This document shows, piece after piece, positions 27,521 through 36,729 of a stretch of 64,000 bases of DNA (its first letter is position 1; each line of letters opens with the position of its first letter). Source of the DNA: an uncultured delta proteobacterium (GTDB taxonomy: Bacteria; Desulfobacterota; RBG-13-43-22); NCBI GenBank assembly GCA_963711835.1, contig CAVQFQ010000021.1:96001-160000 (forward strand). Direction: 5' to 3'. The position numbers were made by a program, and so were the translations under genes. Under the pieces are notes generated by a model. The model made no database searches, was not told the DNA's origin, and saw only the letters and a list, made by a program, of their open reading frames with translations.

Positions 27521-28879
27521 CTAAAAGGGTTCTTCCTGATCGGAAGCCAGGTTTTCAAAACGGGTGTATTGGTCCTGAAAGGCCAGGGAGACCGAGCCGG
27601 TAGGTCCATTACGGTGTTTGCGGACCAGGATTTCGGCGATACCTTTTTGTTTGGGATTTTCCTCATACATTTCTTCCCGGTAAATAAAACAGACCAGGTC
27701 CGCATCCTGTTCGATGGCTCCGGACTCCCGCAGATCGGCCAGCACCGGCTTCTTATCCTCCCGCCCTTCCGGCCGGCGGTTGAGCTGGGAAAGGGCAATG
27801 ACCGGGAGACGGAGTTCCTTGGCCAGGGCCTTTAGAGACCGAGAGATATCCGATATCTCCTGTTCCCTTCGTTCCATGCCGTCCTTGCCCCGCATCAATT
27901 GCAGGTAATCGACAATCACCAGGCCCAATCCTTTTTCGGCCTTTAAGCGGCGGGACTTGGCCCTCATCTGCAGGACCGTCAGGGAGGGGGAATCGTCGAT
28001 AAAAATCTTGGCGTCCGAGAGGGTTCCGGCCGCCACGGTCAACTTGGACCAATCACGCTCCCCGATCAGCCCGCTCCGCAACTTGTAGGAGTCCACCCGG
28101 GCTTCACTGCAAAGCATGCGCATGGCCAGTTGCTGCCGCGACATTTCCAGGGAGAAGATGACCACCGTAACGTCGTGATCGACCGCGGCATTGCGGGCGA
28201 TGTTGAGGGCAAAGGCCGTCTTTCCCATACTGGGGCGGCCGGCAATAATGATCAGGTCCGAATCCTGGAATCCCGAAATGAGTTTATCCATCTGAGTGTA
28301 GCCGCTGGGCACCCCGATCACCCGGTCTTTGCGTTCGTAGAGTTCCTCGATGGTCCCGAAACTCTCCTTGATGACCTCGCTGATGGGATAGACCAGGGGA
28401 TTGATCTTGGATTCGGAAATTTCAAAAATGGATTTTTCGGCCTCGTCCAGGAGATCCTCGGCATCGCCGGAAAATTGATAGCCTTTGCTGGCAATCTCAG
28501 TGGCCTTGTTGATCAGACGACGTAGAATGGATTTTTCCCGGATGATCCGGGCATAGGTGTCTACATTGACCGCGGAAGGAATGGCATCGGCCAGAGAAGC
28601 CAGATAACCGGCTCCTCCGATCTCATCCAGATGACCTTTGTTATGGAGGGCTTCGGTCAGGGTAACCAGGTCGACCGGGGTTCCCTTCTGGTAGAGTTCT
28701 ATCATGGCGGCGAAGATCCTCCGGTGACTCTCGCGGTAGAAGTCTTCTCCGGACATGACTTCCAGAACACGGGAAAGGGCCTCCGGTTCCAGGAGGATGC
28801 CTCCTAAGACCGACTGCTCGGCCTCTATGTTCTGGGGTGGGATTTTTAAGTTCGCCTCACTGGAGCCCGCCATAACCAC
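27521..28879 (-). CDS. dnaB: replicative DNA helicase
   Basis: PPQNIEAEQSVLG, GRPSMGKT, FSLEM, DYLQLM, LSQLNR, DLRESGAIEQDAD. Confidence 0.98.
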   Translation of the reverse strand: MVMAGSSEANLKIPPQNIEAEQSVLGGILLEPEALSRVLEVMSGEDFYRESHRRIFAAMIELYQKGTPVDLVTLTEALHNKGHLDEIGGAGYLASLADAIPSAVNVDTYARIIREKSILRRLINKATEIASKGYQFSGDAEDLLDEAEKSIFEISESKINPLVYPISEVIKESFGTIEELYERKDRVIGVPSGYTQMDKLISGFQDSDLIIIAGRPSMGKTAFALNIARNAAVDHDVTVVIFSLEMSRQQLAMRMLCSEARVDSYKLRSGLIGERDWSKLTVAAGTLSDAKIFIDDSPSLTVLQMRAKSRRLKAEKGLGLVIVDYLQLMRGKDGMERREQEISDISRSLKALAKELRLPVIALSQLNRRPEGREDKKPVLADLRESGAIEQDADLVCFIYREEMYEENPKQKGIAEILVRKHRNGPTGSVSLAFQDQYTRFENLASDQEEPF

Positions 28880-28882
28880 CGT

Positions 28883-29329
28883 CTATTTTTCTTCAACCAC
28901 CTTGATTTTAAGAAGCGAAGCGACCTCGGGATGCAGTTTAACCGGGACCTCGTAGTCGCCTAAAGTCCGAATCGGATCTTTCAGAACGATTTTTTTCCGA
29001 TCCAGGGGAATTCCCTCAAGGGTCAGTTTTTCCATGATATCCTTGGTGGTGACCGACCCGTAGAGCTTTTCTTCTTCCACCACCTTGCGTCTGATTTCCA
29101 GGGTCAGGGCATCGAGGCGCTCCGCCAGTTTCCGGGCGGCTTCGAAATCCTGGGCCTTTCTTTTCAGAAGGATCCGTTTTTGCTCCTCCAATTCCTTCAT
29201 ATGGTTCCGGGTGGCCTCCAGGGCTTTACCCTGGGGGATTAAATAATTTTGACCATACCCCCGGGCGACTTCAACCAGGTCTCCTGTCTTACCCAGGGTA
29301 GGGATATCTTCCTTTAGAATGACTTTCAC
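28883..29329 (-). CDS. rplI: 50S ribosomal protein L9
   Basis: MKVIL..LGK.GD.VEV..GYGQNYLIP, KLYGSVT. Confidence 0.97.
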   Translation of the reverse strand: MKVILKEDIPTLGKTGDLVEVARGYGQNYLIPQGKALEATRNHMKELEEQKRILLKRKAQDFEAARKLAERLDALTLEIRRKVVEEEKLYGSVTTKDIMEKLTLEGIPLDRKKIVLKDPIRTLGDYEVPVKLHPEVASLLKIKVVEEK

Positions 29330-29472
29330 CGTTTCGACCTCCTGATTCTTTTAAATTTTCTTTCGGACAGGAAAACTCCTCAAAAGGCTCCTCGCCTTGA
29401 CTCTCGACCCTTGAGGTATCTTATCCGATTTGCCCGGCCAAAGCAAGGGCTCTCCAGTTCCCCTTTAAAGCC

Positions 29473-29504
29473 AAAAAGGGGGCCTGCCTTAAGCGGGTCC
29501 CCTT
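29473..29504 (-). terminator. intrinsic terminator/attenuator between rpsR and rplI
   Basis: Minus strand GGGGACCCGC-TTAAG-GCAGGCCCCC followed by TTTTT. Confidence 0.6.
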
Positions 29505-29535
29505 CCTTGATCTTGTGATCGCCCAGCCGAAAAAA

Positions 29536-29793
29536 TTAGTGTTGCAGGCCGGTTGCCAGATAAGGCAGCAAAGCAATCTGGCGGGCCCTTTTGATGGCTT
29601 CGGTTAATTCCCGCTGGTGTTTGGCGCAATTCCCGGTGATTCTGCGGGGAATGATCTTCCCCCGTTCACTGGTGAAATGCTTTAAAATCCGGATGTCCTT
29701 GTAATCAATGACCATGGAGCTGTCGGCGCAAAAACGGCAGACCTTTCGGCGGGGGAAAACTCTCTTTTTCCTCTTCTGTTGATGCTGGATCAT
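29536..29793 (-). CDS. rpsR: 30S ribosomal protein S18 (Zn-binding form)
   Basis: [26 protein letters not shown]. Confidence 0.98.
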   Translation of the reverse strand: MIQHQQKRKKRVFPRRKVCRFCADSSMVIDYKDIRILKHFTSERGKIIPRRITGNCAKHQRELTEAIKRARQIALLPYLATGLQH

Positions 29794-29796
29794 GGC

Positions 29797-30225
29797 CTAT
29801 TCACCCTCCTTTTCTATCTCGTTTTCGCCCGCCTCGCTGATGATGATCTTGGCCGGTTCGGGTGCTTCCGCGGATAGCTGGGCTTCCTGAAGGAGTTGTT
29901 CTCGTCTCTTTTCTTCCTCCAGAGACTCGGGGTTGAAGGGATCTTTGGTCTTGATGGTCAGGAATTTCAGGATCTTGTCGTCGATCTTGAGGTTCCGTTC
30001 AATTTCCCGGATCATGTTTCCCGGGCCATAGAAATCAACCAGGATATAGGTTCCCTTGGGCTGCTTTTTGATTTCATAAGCCAGCCGCCGTTTACCCCAA
30101 TCTTCGGTTTTGATCAGGATTCCTTGTTGGGCGGAAATAATCTGGAGGAACTTCTCGGTGACTGCCTTGACCTCTTCCTCGTTCAGGTCGGGATGGATGA
30201 TGAAAATAAGCTCATACCTTTTCAT
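29797..30225 (-). CDS. rpsF: 30S ribosomal protein S6
   Basis: MKRYELIFIIHP, WGKRRLAYEI; acidic tail. Confidence 0.98.
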   Translation of the reverse strand: MKRYELIFIIHPDLNEEEVKAVTEKFLQIISAQQGILIKTEDWGKRRLAYEIKKQPKGTYILVDFYGPGNMIREIERNLKIDDKILKFLTIKTKDPFNPESLEEEKRREQLLQEAQLSAEAPEPAKIIISEAGENEIEKEGE

Positions 30226-30271
30226 AAGGCCTCCTTCCGGATATTGAAGCCCCCCTTGGGGAGCAAGGAGA
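30226..30271 (-). promoter_or_regulatory. S6:S18 autoregulatory leader
   Basis: CTCCTTGCTCCCC...CCG-GAAGGAGG: CTCCTT pairs with the SD, with a CCG loop motif, directly 5' of rpsF. Confidence 0.65.
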
Positions 30272-30278
30272 AAAAATT

Positions 30279-30307
30279 TTTATAACTTTTTTCTTCTACA
30301 TTGTCAA
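30279..30307 (-). promoter_or_regulatory. sigma-70 promoter of rpsF operon
   Basis: TTGACA-17 nt-TATAAA. Confidence 0.8.
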
Positions 30308-30333
30308 CAAAAAATAAAAAGTTTTTTTTAGAA

Positions 30334-30362
30334 TTGACTTAACAGACCGTTTTGATTATTAT
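30334..30362 (+). promoter_or_regulatory. sigma-70 promoter of pgk operon
   Basis: TTGACT-17 nt-TATTAT. Confidence 0.75.
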
Positions 30363-30437
30363 AAGAAGTTGTTACCGGAGGCCAAGATCGACCTGGCGTT
30401 TTTTATCGGACAACAGTTATAGCCGGGAGGGACCACC

Positions 30438-31670
30438 ATGCGCACTCTGAACGAACTGGATATAAAAAATAAGAAGCTCCTGATTCGGGTCGATCTGAAC
30501 GTCCCCCTGGATAAAAATTTAAATATCACCGACGACACCCGCATTCGAGGGGTTCTTCCTTCCATCAATTATGCCCTGGATGAAAATGCCATCATTATTC
30601 TCTGTTCCCACATGGGGCGGCCCAAGGGCAAAGTGGTTCCGGAATTAAGCCTGGCTCCGGTAGCCCGTCGTCTGACCCGATTGCTTCAAAGAAATGTTCC
30701 CCTGGCCCCGGATTGTGTCGGGCCGGAGGTCAAGAAGATGATCCAGGCCCTGAAACCCGGCGATATCATTCTCCTGGAGAATCTTCGTTTTCACCCCGGC
30801 GAGACTAAGAACGACGAGGCCTTCGGGCGGGAACTGGCCGACCTGGCGGATATTTATATTAACGACGCCTTTGCCGTAGCCCACCGGGCCCATGCCTCGG
30901 TGGTGGCCGTGGCCAAGTATGCCAAGGAATGTGCGGCCGGGTTTTTGATGCATGATGAGTTGAAGTTCTTTCACAAGTCCATGGAAGATCCGGCCCGTCC
31001 CCTGGTGGCGGTTATCGGCGGGTCCAAAGTCAGCGGCAAACTGTCCGCCCTGGAAAATCTCTTGAACCATGTGGATAAAATGGTCATCGGCGGAGCCATG
31101 GCCAATACCTTTTTAAAAGGGGTCAATTACGATATCGGGAAATCCCTGGTGGAGGAAGACCTGGTCAGCGTAGCCAATTGCCTGATGCGCAAAGCCAAGG
31201 ATCTGGGCGTCCGATTATATATTCCGGTGGACTGCGTGGTGGCCAACGCCTTCGAGCCTAAGGCCGAAACCAAAATCACCACCGTTCAGGAGGTTCCTCA
31301 GGACTGGTTCATTCTGGATATCGGACCAGCCACCTCGCTGCTCTATTCGGAAGCCCTGCAAAATGCCAAGACCATCATCTGGAACGGCCCCATGGGGGCC
31401 TTTGAGATGGACGCCTTTTCGCGAGGGACCATGGCCATGGTCCAGACCATCGCTAATTCCTACGCCCTGACCATCGTCGGAGGCGGGGATACCGACGTGG
31501 CCGTCCACAAGGCCGGAGAGACCGCCAAGATTTCGTATATCTCCACCGGAGGCGGCGCCTTTTTGGAACTCCTGGAGGGTAACCAGTTACCGGGTGTCCT
31601 GGCCCTGGAGAAACGTTTTGAGAGGCCAGTCAATGAACGCGCCGACTCCTGCCTTCCCAAGAGGCTCTAA
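30438..31670 (+). CDS. pgk: phosphoglycerate kinase
   Basis: RVDLNVP, SHMGRP, LENLRF, NDAF..AHRAHAS, WNGPMG.FE, GGGDT, STGGGA. Confidence 0.98.
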   Translation: MRTLNELDIKNKKLLIRVDLNVPLDKNLNITDDTRIRGVLPSINYALDENAIIILCSHMGRPKGKVVPELSLAPVARRLTRLLQRNVPLAPDCVGPEVKKMIQALKPGDIILLENLRFHPGETKNDEAFGRELADLADIYINDAFAVAHRAHASVVAVAKYAKECAAGFLMHDELKFFHKSMEDPARPLVAVIGGSKVSGKLSALENLLNHVDKMVIGGAMANTFLKGVNYDIGKSLVEEDLVSVANCLMRKAKDLGVRLYIPVDCVVANAFEPKAETKITTVQEVPQDWFILDIGPATSLLYSEALQNAKTIIWNGPMGAFEMDAFSRGTMAMVQTIANSYALTIVGGGDTDVAVHKAGETAKISYISTGGGAFLELLEGNQLPGVLALEKRFERPVNERADSCLPKRL

Positions 31671-31673
31671 ACC

Positions 31674-32444
31674 ATGAACTCCGCCCCACGCCGCCTCTGG
31701 CTCGGTGGAAACTGGAAGATGTTCAAAACCATTCCGGAGGCCATCCGCTTTATCCGAGACCTGAAGGCCGGTCTTCCCCCTTCCCCCACGGCCGAAATTA
31801 TCCTGGCCCCGGCCTTTACCGCCTTGCAGCCCGCAGCCCGGGAACTGGAAGGGTCACCGGTCCTCCTGGCCGCCCAGGATGTCCATTGGGTTGAGGAAGG
31901 CGCCTTTACCGGAGAAATCTCGACCCGGATGCTCCTGGACGCCGGCTGCAGCTATTGTATCGTCGGCCATTCCGAACGACGGCACTGGTTCCATGAGTCG
32001 GATAAGGAGGTCCATGAAAAGCTGAAGGCCTGCCTTCAGGCCGGCCTTAAACCCGTCTTCTGCGTCGGAGAGACCCTGGAAGAAAGGGAAAACGGCAAGG
32101 TTCGGGAGGTCATTCACCGCCAGATCTTAACGGCCGTGGCAAATTTTTCGGAACAGGAAATGACCCAGGGGGTGATTGCCTACGAGCCGGTTTGGGCCAT
32201 CGGGACCGGGAAAACAGCCAGCCCCGAAGCGGCCCAGGAGGTCCATGCCCTGATCCGCCGATTGCTCGAAGAGGCCTTTAACAAAAGGATTGCAATGGAA
32301 AAGAGGATTGTGTATGGTGGAAGCGTTACCCCCGAGACCATTAAGGCTCTCGTTTCGGAACCGGATATTGACGGTGCCCTGGTCGGGGGAGCCAGCCTGA
32401 AGGCGGAAAGTTTTCTGGCTCTAATTACGGAGGTTCAAGCCTAA
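31674..32444 (+). CDS. tpiA: triosephosphate isomerase
   Basis: GNWKM, GHSERR, AYEPVWAIGTG, YGGSV, LVGGASL. Confidence 0.98.
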   Translation: MNSAPRRLWLGGNWKMFKTIPEAIRFIRDLKAGLPPSPTAEIILAPAFTALQPAARELEGSPVLLAAQDVHWVEEGAFTGEISTRMLLDAGCSYCIVGHSERRHWFHESDKEVHEKLKACLQAGLKPVFCVGETLEERENGKVREVIHRQILTAVANFSEQEMTQGVIAYEPVWAIGTGKTASPEAAQEVHALIRRLLEEAFNKRIAMEKRIVYGGSVTPETIKALVSEPDIDGALVGGASLKAESFLALITEVQA

Positions 32445-32450
32445 CCTGTT

Positions 32451-32819
32451 ATGTTTACTCTTGTTGTCATCATCCATGTCGTGATCTGCATTTCCCTGAT
32501 TCTGATCGTCCTGCTTCAGGCCGGAAAAGGGGCCAGTATGGGCGCAGCCTTTGGGGGATCCAGCCAGACCATTTTCGGAAGCAGCGGCGCAACTCCTTTT
32601 CTGGCCAAGATAACCACCGGTGTGGCGGTACTCTTTATGCTGACCTCCCTGTTTCTGGCCTTCATGTCCGGTCCCCGAAGCCGTTCATCCGTGGTAACCG
32701 CTCCGGCTGCACCGTCTCAACAGGCGCCGGCACAGGCCCCGGCCGGTTCTCAAGCGACTACCCCATCGCCGGCCGGTCCCGCGGTCCCGGCTGCACCAGC
32801 GACGCCGACCGCGAAGTAA
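32451..32819 (+). CDS. secG: preprotein translocase subunit SecG
   Basis: Two TM helices, VLLQ.GKGA.MGAAFGG; tpiA-secG-tRNA-Leu synteny. Confidence 0.96.
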   Translation: MFTLVVIIHVVICISLILIVLLQAGKGASMGAAFGGSSQTIFGSSGATPFLAKITTGVAVLFMLTSLFLAFMSGPRSRSSVVTAPAAPSQQAPAQAPAGSQATTPSPAGPAVPAAPATPTAK

Positions 32820-32831
32820 ACCCAATGCGCT

Positions 32832-32918
32832 GCCGAAGTGGTGGAATCTGGTAGACACACCATCTTGAGGGGGTGGCGGGTTACGCCCGTGCGGGTTCAA
32901 GTCCCGCCTTCGGCACCA
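32832..32918 (+). tRNA. tRNA-Leu(GAG)
   Basis: Acceptor GCCGAAG/CTTCGGC-ACCA, anticodon GAG at 32867-32869, long variable arm, GGTTCAAGTCC T-loop. Confidence 0.97.
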
Positions 32919-33084
32919 AAGACTGAAAAACGGCTAAGTTTTCAAATACTTGGCCGTTTTGATTTTGGGCTGGGTGCGGATAGGGTGCGTTCGGCCATCT
33001 GATCCAATCGATTAACTAAAACTTGCCGCAGGGTGGTCCTGATTTCGGATTTCCTTGCGCTTCTTCTCAACAGGGACATAAGAT

Positions 33085-33146
33085 TCATCGCTCGCCCTTG
33101 GTGGCCTTTTCCAGGCCTTCGCTATCCTCGGGGGGATGAGGGTCAT
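33085..33146 (-). pseudogene. NERD-gene 5' fragment A
   Basis: ...PEDSEGLEKATKGER*, homologous to 34724-34990. Confidence 0.6.
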
Positions 33147-33254
33147 GTCAATTTAATTGCACGAATTTAAGAACGTCTTTGGTTCCATAAGTTCACTCAG
33201 CAACTACGTTCCCATTCTCCTAATTTCTGCGTCGGTTATCTGCAGGGGGGACTG

Positions 33255-33512
33255 CTAATAGCGGTAAACATCCTTTCGATCCGCAATGGAAAAGACCTCG
33301 ATCTCCTTACTGGAGTCCTTAACCAGATAGAGTATCCGGTAATTGCCAACCCTAATTCTGGCGCCTTCCCGGCCATGAAGCCTTTTGACGTTGCGGAGAT
33401 AGGGGTTCTTTTTTAAGGCAAGAATGGCTTTTATGATTTTGTCATGGATTCTTGGGGGAAGATCATCTAATTCTTTTTCTGCCGATCTTTTTAGGTTGAC
33501 CGTATATGGCAT
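33255..33512 (-). CDS. RelE/ParE family toxin
   Basis: YTVNLKRSAEKEL, RIRVGNYRILY, DRKDVYR. Confidence 0.92.
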   Translation of the reverse strand: MPYTVNLKRSAEKELDDLPPRIHDKIIKAILALKKNPYLRNVKRLHGREGARIRVGNYRILYLVKDSSKEIEVFSIADRKDVYRY

Positions 33513-33721
33513 TATCTGCCCTTTTTCTTCCGGGCTGATAGATAGTCGTCTAAGCTTCGGGAGGGTTCCTTGCGACGTTGCTCGATAATAACGGTATCGA
33601 TCAAGTCTTCAAGAAATTCCTTGTCGCTCAGCATTTTACCAACGACAGCCTCTCTGGTCTTCTTTGGCAAAGCCCGAAAAGCTGTCAAGAAGACCTCGGA
33701 CGTTGCCTCTATGGTAGTCAT
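33512..33721 (-). CDS. putative antitoxin
   Basis: 69 aa, GGAGG SD, stop overlaps the toxin start; EDLID...R.EPSRSL motif. Confidence 0.8.
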   Translation of the reverse strand: MTTIEATSEVFLTAFRALPKKTREAVVGKMLSDKEFLEDLIDTVIIEQRRKEPSRSLDDYLSARKKKGR

Positions 33722-33779
33722 GGCAAACACCTCCATTTCTCTTTCTTATTATAACAAACGGTCAAACGATTTCAACCAT

Positions 33780-33852
33780 CGAATACGGCCCTCCGTTCGC
33801 CCTCGGTGGGGCCTTCAAGGTTTTCGATATCCTCGGGTTGCAGGCGGGCCAT
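33780..33852 (-). pseudogene. NERD-gene 5' fragment B
   Basis: MARLQPEDIENLEGPTEGERRAVF. Confidence 0.65.
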
Positions 33853-33868
33853 GTCAATTTAATTCCAC

Positions 33869-33897
33869 TTGACGTAATTAAAAAATTACGATACCTT
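33869..33897 (+). promoter_or_regulatory. TA promoter with overlapping operator palindrome
   Basis: TTGACG-17 nt-TACCTT; CGTAATT-AAAA-AATTACG (33873-33890) fills the spacer. Confidence 0.65.
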
Positions 33898-33903
33898 GCC
33901 AGC

Positions 33904-34218
33904 ATGATTAATCCCGATCCTCATCTTGATCCAGACTGGGATGAAGAAAATAGTGACCATATTGCAAGACATGGGATCAGACCGGAACAGGTTGAAGAGG
34001 TTTATTATGGGGAAGGACCGTATCCGACCCTTGCCCTCAAAAATAGAAGGGGAAAGAATACCGAATATAGATATCGACTATGGGGCTGTGATGCCGCTGG
34101 CTTTTTCATTGAAGCCGTTATCGCCCCTTATCTGGAATATGGTATTTGGAGATGCGTTACGGCATTTCCCATGTCACCATCCACCCAAAAAACCTATTTG
34201 AGACGGATAAAGAGATGA
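33904..34218 (+). CDS. BrnT-like toxin
   Basis: WDEEN..HIARHGI...VEEV, G...G, R.VTA.PM; ATGA overlap with next gene. Confidence 0.75.
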   Translation: MINPDPHLDPDWDEENSDHIARHGIRPEQVEEVYYGEGPYPTLALKNRRGKNTEYRYRLWGCDAAGFFIEAVIAPYLEYGIWRCVTAFPMSPSTQKTYLRRIKR

Positions 34219-34508
34219 GCAAGCTCCCTAAAAAAATCAGAAAAAACCTGAAGGAAGAAGCTTCATACTGGGATAGCCGGATTGGCCGGGAAGACTCCGC
34301 CCAAGCAGCTAAACTACTCGAAGAGGCAGAACCCTTTGTTACCCAGCGCCCGGTCCGTCAACCGGTTTCCCTCCGAATCGACCCCTTTGATCTATCCATG
34401 GCCAAGCGCATCGCCCGCCTTAAAGGAATTCCCTTTAGCCAACTCATGGCTATGTGGTTGCATGAAAAAATTGAGGCTGAAAAATCTAATATAGAGGAGG
34501 CTCGGTAA
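34215..34508 (+). CDS. BrnA/CopG-like antitoxin
   Basis: EEASYWD, C-terminal ribbon-helix-helix VSLRI..AKRIA..KGIPFSQLMAMWL. Confidence 0.78.
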   Translation: MSKLPKKIRKNLKEEASYWDSRIGREDSAQAAKLLEEAEPFVTQRPVRQPVSLRIDPFDLSMAKRIARLKGIPFSQLMAMWLHEKIEAEKSNIEEAR

Positions 34509-34570
34509 AAAGGAAATAACTGCCTTTACCTCCTCTCCAATAGCAGGTTTTTCAAAGATAATAAGTTCAC

Positions 34571-34690
34571 TCAGGAACTACGTCCCGTCCTATAATCTTT
34601 TTTGCCTTTAAATATTTCTTCCCGCCGTCTCCCGCGATTCATCACATGAAACCGGGCGTCCGGACATTCTATTCTCAATGGTCGGGACAT
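34571..34690 (-). pseudogene. N-terminal remnant of REP-associated (IS200-like Y1) tyrosine transposase
   Basis: Hand translation MSRPLRIECPDARFHVMNRGRRREEIFKGKKDY then stop. Confidence 0.75.
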
Positions 34691-34723
34691 AACCAACCCT
34701 AAAGAACAAATCATTCTTAAGAG

Positions 34724-34990
34724 TCAAAAGCAGACCCCTTTACACTCGATGGGGTCGGCCTCTTCGATCTGGTCGACCAGCCAGTCCTTGACTTCCCGGA
34801 CCAGCAGGCCCTGCTGTTTGCCGAAGAGAACGAAGTCAGGCTCTTTGCCCTCTTCCCCGATGGCAGGCTCATACCCACCGATAAAATCCTGGTCCGGCCG
34901 GGCCGCTTCCCGGAGGAAACGAAAGACCTTCCTTTCGCCCTCGGGGGTGCTTTTCAGGCCTTCGATATCCTCAGGGTGCATGCGGGCCAT
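34724..34990 (-). pseudogene. NERD-domain nuclease/helicase 5' fragment C
   Basis: MARMHPEDIE..GERKVF, EPDFV, GLLVREVKDW (PD-(D/E)xK), truncated. Confidence 0.75.
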
Positions 34991-35177
34991 GTCAATTTTA
35001 TTCCACGAATTCAAGAACGTCCTGGTCTCCACGTCTTCAGGATCCCTTGTCCTCAAAAGTTCGCTCAGCAACTATGTCTCGGTTTTCAAATTGAAACCAC
35101 CCTTTATCCGGATTTATGAATAAAAAGCCTCCTTTTATGCTTGACATAACGCATAAAGGGTGACAGATTAAGTTCGT

Positions 35178-35459
35178 ATGATCGTAAGCTTCAAAGATAA
35201 GCGAACACAAAACTTCGCCCAGGGCAAGCGGGTCAAGGCTTTCACGGGATTTGAATACAAGGCTGAAATGAGGCTTGACCAACTGGATTCAGCTACCTCG
35301 TTGCTTGATCTGGACTTGCCCGGAAACCGTCTCGAAGCCCTCAAGGGAGACCGTCAGGGTCAATACAGTATCCGTATCAATGACCGATGGCGGATTTGCT
35401 TCGAGTGGCCGAAGGGTTCTCCGGGGCCAATCAAGGTTCAAATTATCGATTACCATTGA
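35178..35459 (+). CDS. higB: HigB (plasmid killer-type RelE) toxin
   Basis: MIVSFKDK, PGNRLEALKGDR.GQYSIRINDRWRICF, IIDYH. Confidence 0.95.
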   Translation: MIVSFKDKRTQNFAQGKRVKAFTGFEYKAEMRLDQLDSATSLLDLDLPGNRLEALKGDRQGQYSIRINDRWRICFEWPKGSPGPIKVQIIDYH

Positions 35460-35472
35460 ATTGAGGTGTATT

Positions 35473-35790
35473 ATGAGACGTAGTGCTATACATCCTGGCG
35501 AACATCTCGCCGAACAACTTCAAGCTCTGGCCATGAGCGCGGCTGAATTGGCCCGCAAGCTCAAAGTGCCCACTAATCGCATAACCGAAATCCTGAACGG
35601 CCAGCGAAACGTGACCGGGGACACGGCCTTGCGCCTGGGACATTTCTTCAGAACGAGCCCGGAATTCTGGCTGAATCTGCAGAAGCTATACGAATTGCGT
35701 CTGGCCGATCAGAAATCAGGGGAAATGATCAGGGCTCTGCCGAGACTCTCCAAGGCGATGAACATACCAGGCGGTAATGCCCACCCTTAA
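35473..35790 (+). CDS. higA: HigA antitoxin
   Basis: IHPGEHL, NRITEILNGQR.VT.DTALRL, EFWLNLQ. Confidence 0.95.
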   Translation: MRRSAIHPGEHLAEQLQALAMSAAELARKLKVPTNRITEILNGQRNVTGDTALRLGHFFRTSPEFWLNLQKLYELRLADQKSGEMIRALPRLSKAMNIPGGNAHP

Positions 35791-35939
35791 ACGGGAATCG
35801 GCGAATCATAAGACCAAGGACTTTTCGACCGGCGGTATCTTCCACCGGTTGAAAAATATTTCATCTCTGCGTCCTTTGCGTCTCCGCGGTGAATACTGTA
35901 TTTGACCTGCCGGTCGGGATTATTCCGGGATTCCTCCCG

Positions 35940-36197
35940 TCATGCGATCCAGACCTTGAAAGTCCGGGGGTCGGCCTCCTCGATTTGATCGATCAGCCAG
36001 TCTTTGACTTCAAGTACCAGTAGGCCGAGTTGTTTGCCGAAGAAAACGAAGTCGGGTTCCTTGCCCTGTTCCCCGATGGCAGGTTCATACCAGCCGAAAA
36101 AATCTGAATCCGGTCGGGCTGCCTCCCTGAGAAATCGAAACACTTCCTCTCTCTCAGTGGCGTCCTCCAGGCCTTCGATATGCTCGGGGTGCCTGTG
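35940..36197 (-). pseudogene. NERD-gene 5' fragment D
   Basis: HPEHIEGLEDATE..VFRFLREAARPD..WYEPAIG..EPDFV..GLLVLEVKDW; no start codon. Confidence 0.75.
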
Positions 36198-36204
36198 CTA
36201 TTTA

Positions 36205-36447
36205 TTATCTTCGATAAACCTCCCGACGATGGCGTACGCGCATAATCCTTATCGCTTTTGCCTCATCGTCGATCTCGTAAATAATATGATAGTCGCCAAT
36301 TCTAATACGCCAATCGTTTCTGGAACCTGTAATTTTACTGCACCCGGAAGGTCTTGGGTTTCCTGCTAAGGTTTTAATATGGGGGAGGATACGGTGGAAG
36401 ATGGATGGTGTCAAACGCCTGAGATCATTCTCGGCAGATCGCTCGAG
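36205..36447 (-). pseudogene. RelE/ParE toxin lacking its first residues
   Basis: LERSAENDL..NPRPSGC.K..WRIRIGDY.IIYEIDD..VRHRREVYR; fused to the upstream fragment. Confidence 0.8.
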
Positions 36448-36448
36448 T

Positions 36449-36729
36449 GTCCCGATGGAGTTTATCGGTGCCCCTGTATTTGTAAAATAAATATCCATCC
36501 GGACTGAAACTATCCTTGTAGGGACCTTTCGGGGCTGTTGTAATGGAAAGGGGTAGATCGAGATATTTCGGCTTAAAAATACCCTGTGGGGAGATTGGTG
36601 GAATCCGTTCACCCTCAAAAATAAATCCTTTTCAAGTAGTGCCCGAGGTAAAACATCCCCATGGATTGAGACTTGTTCCTTCAACCATTCAAAAGCAGTT
36701 ATGCGGGCCTGTTCATCAAGTCCACTCAC
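36449..36729 (-). pseudogene. 5' fragment of a putative HNH restriction endonuclease (frameshifted)
   Basis: R..AFEWL..HGDVLPR..L then, in another frame, GFIFEGERI..PQGIFKP..PLSITT..GPY.D..YKYRGTD..HRD. Confidence 0.55.

Noticed and set aside
29330-29796. Absence of ssb and DUF2232 from the rpsF-rpsR-rplI operon
   Set aside because: Ordinary lineage-level variation in this operon.
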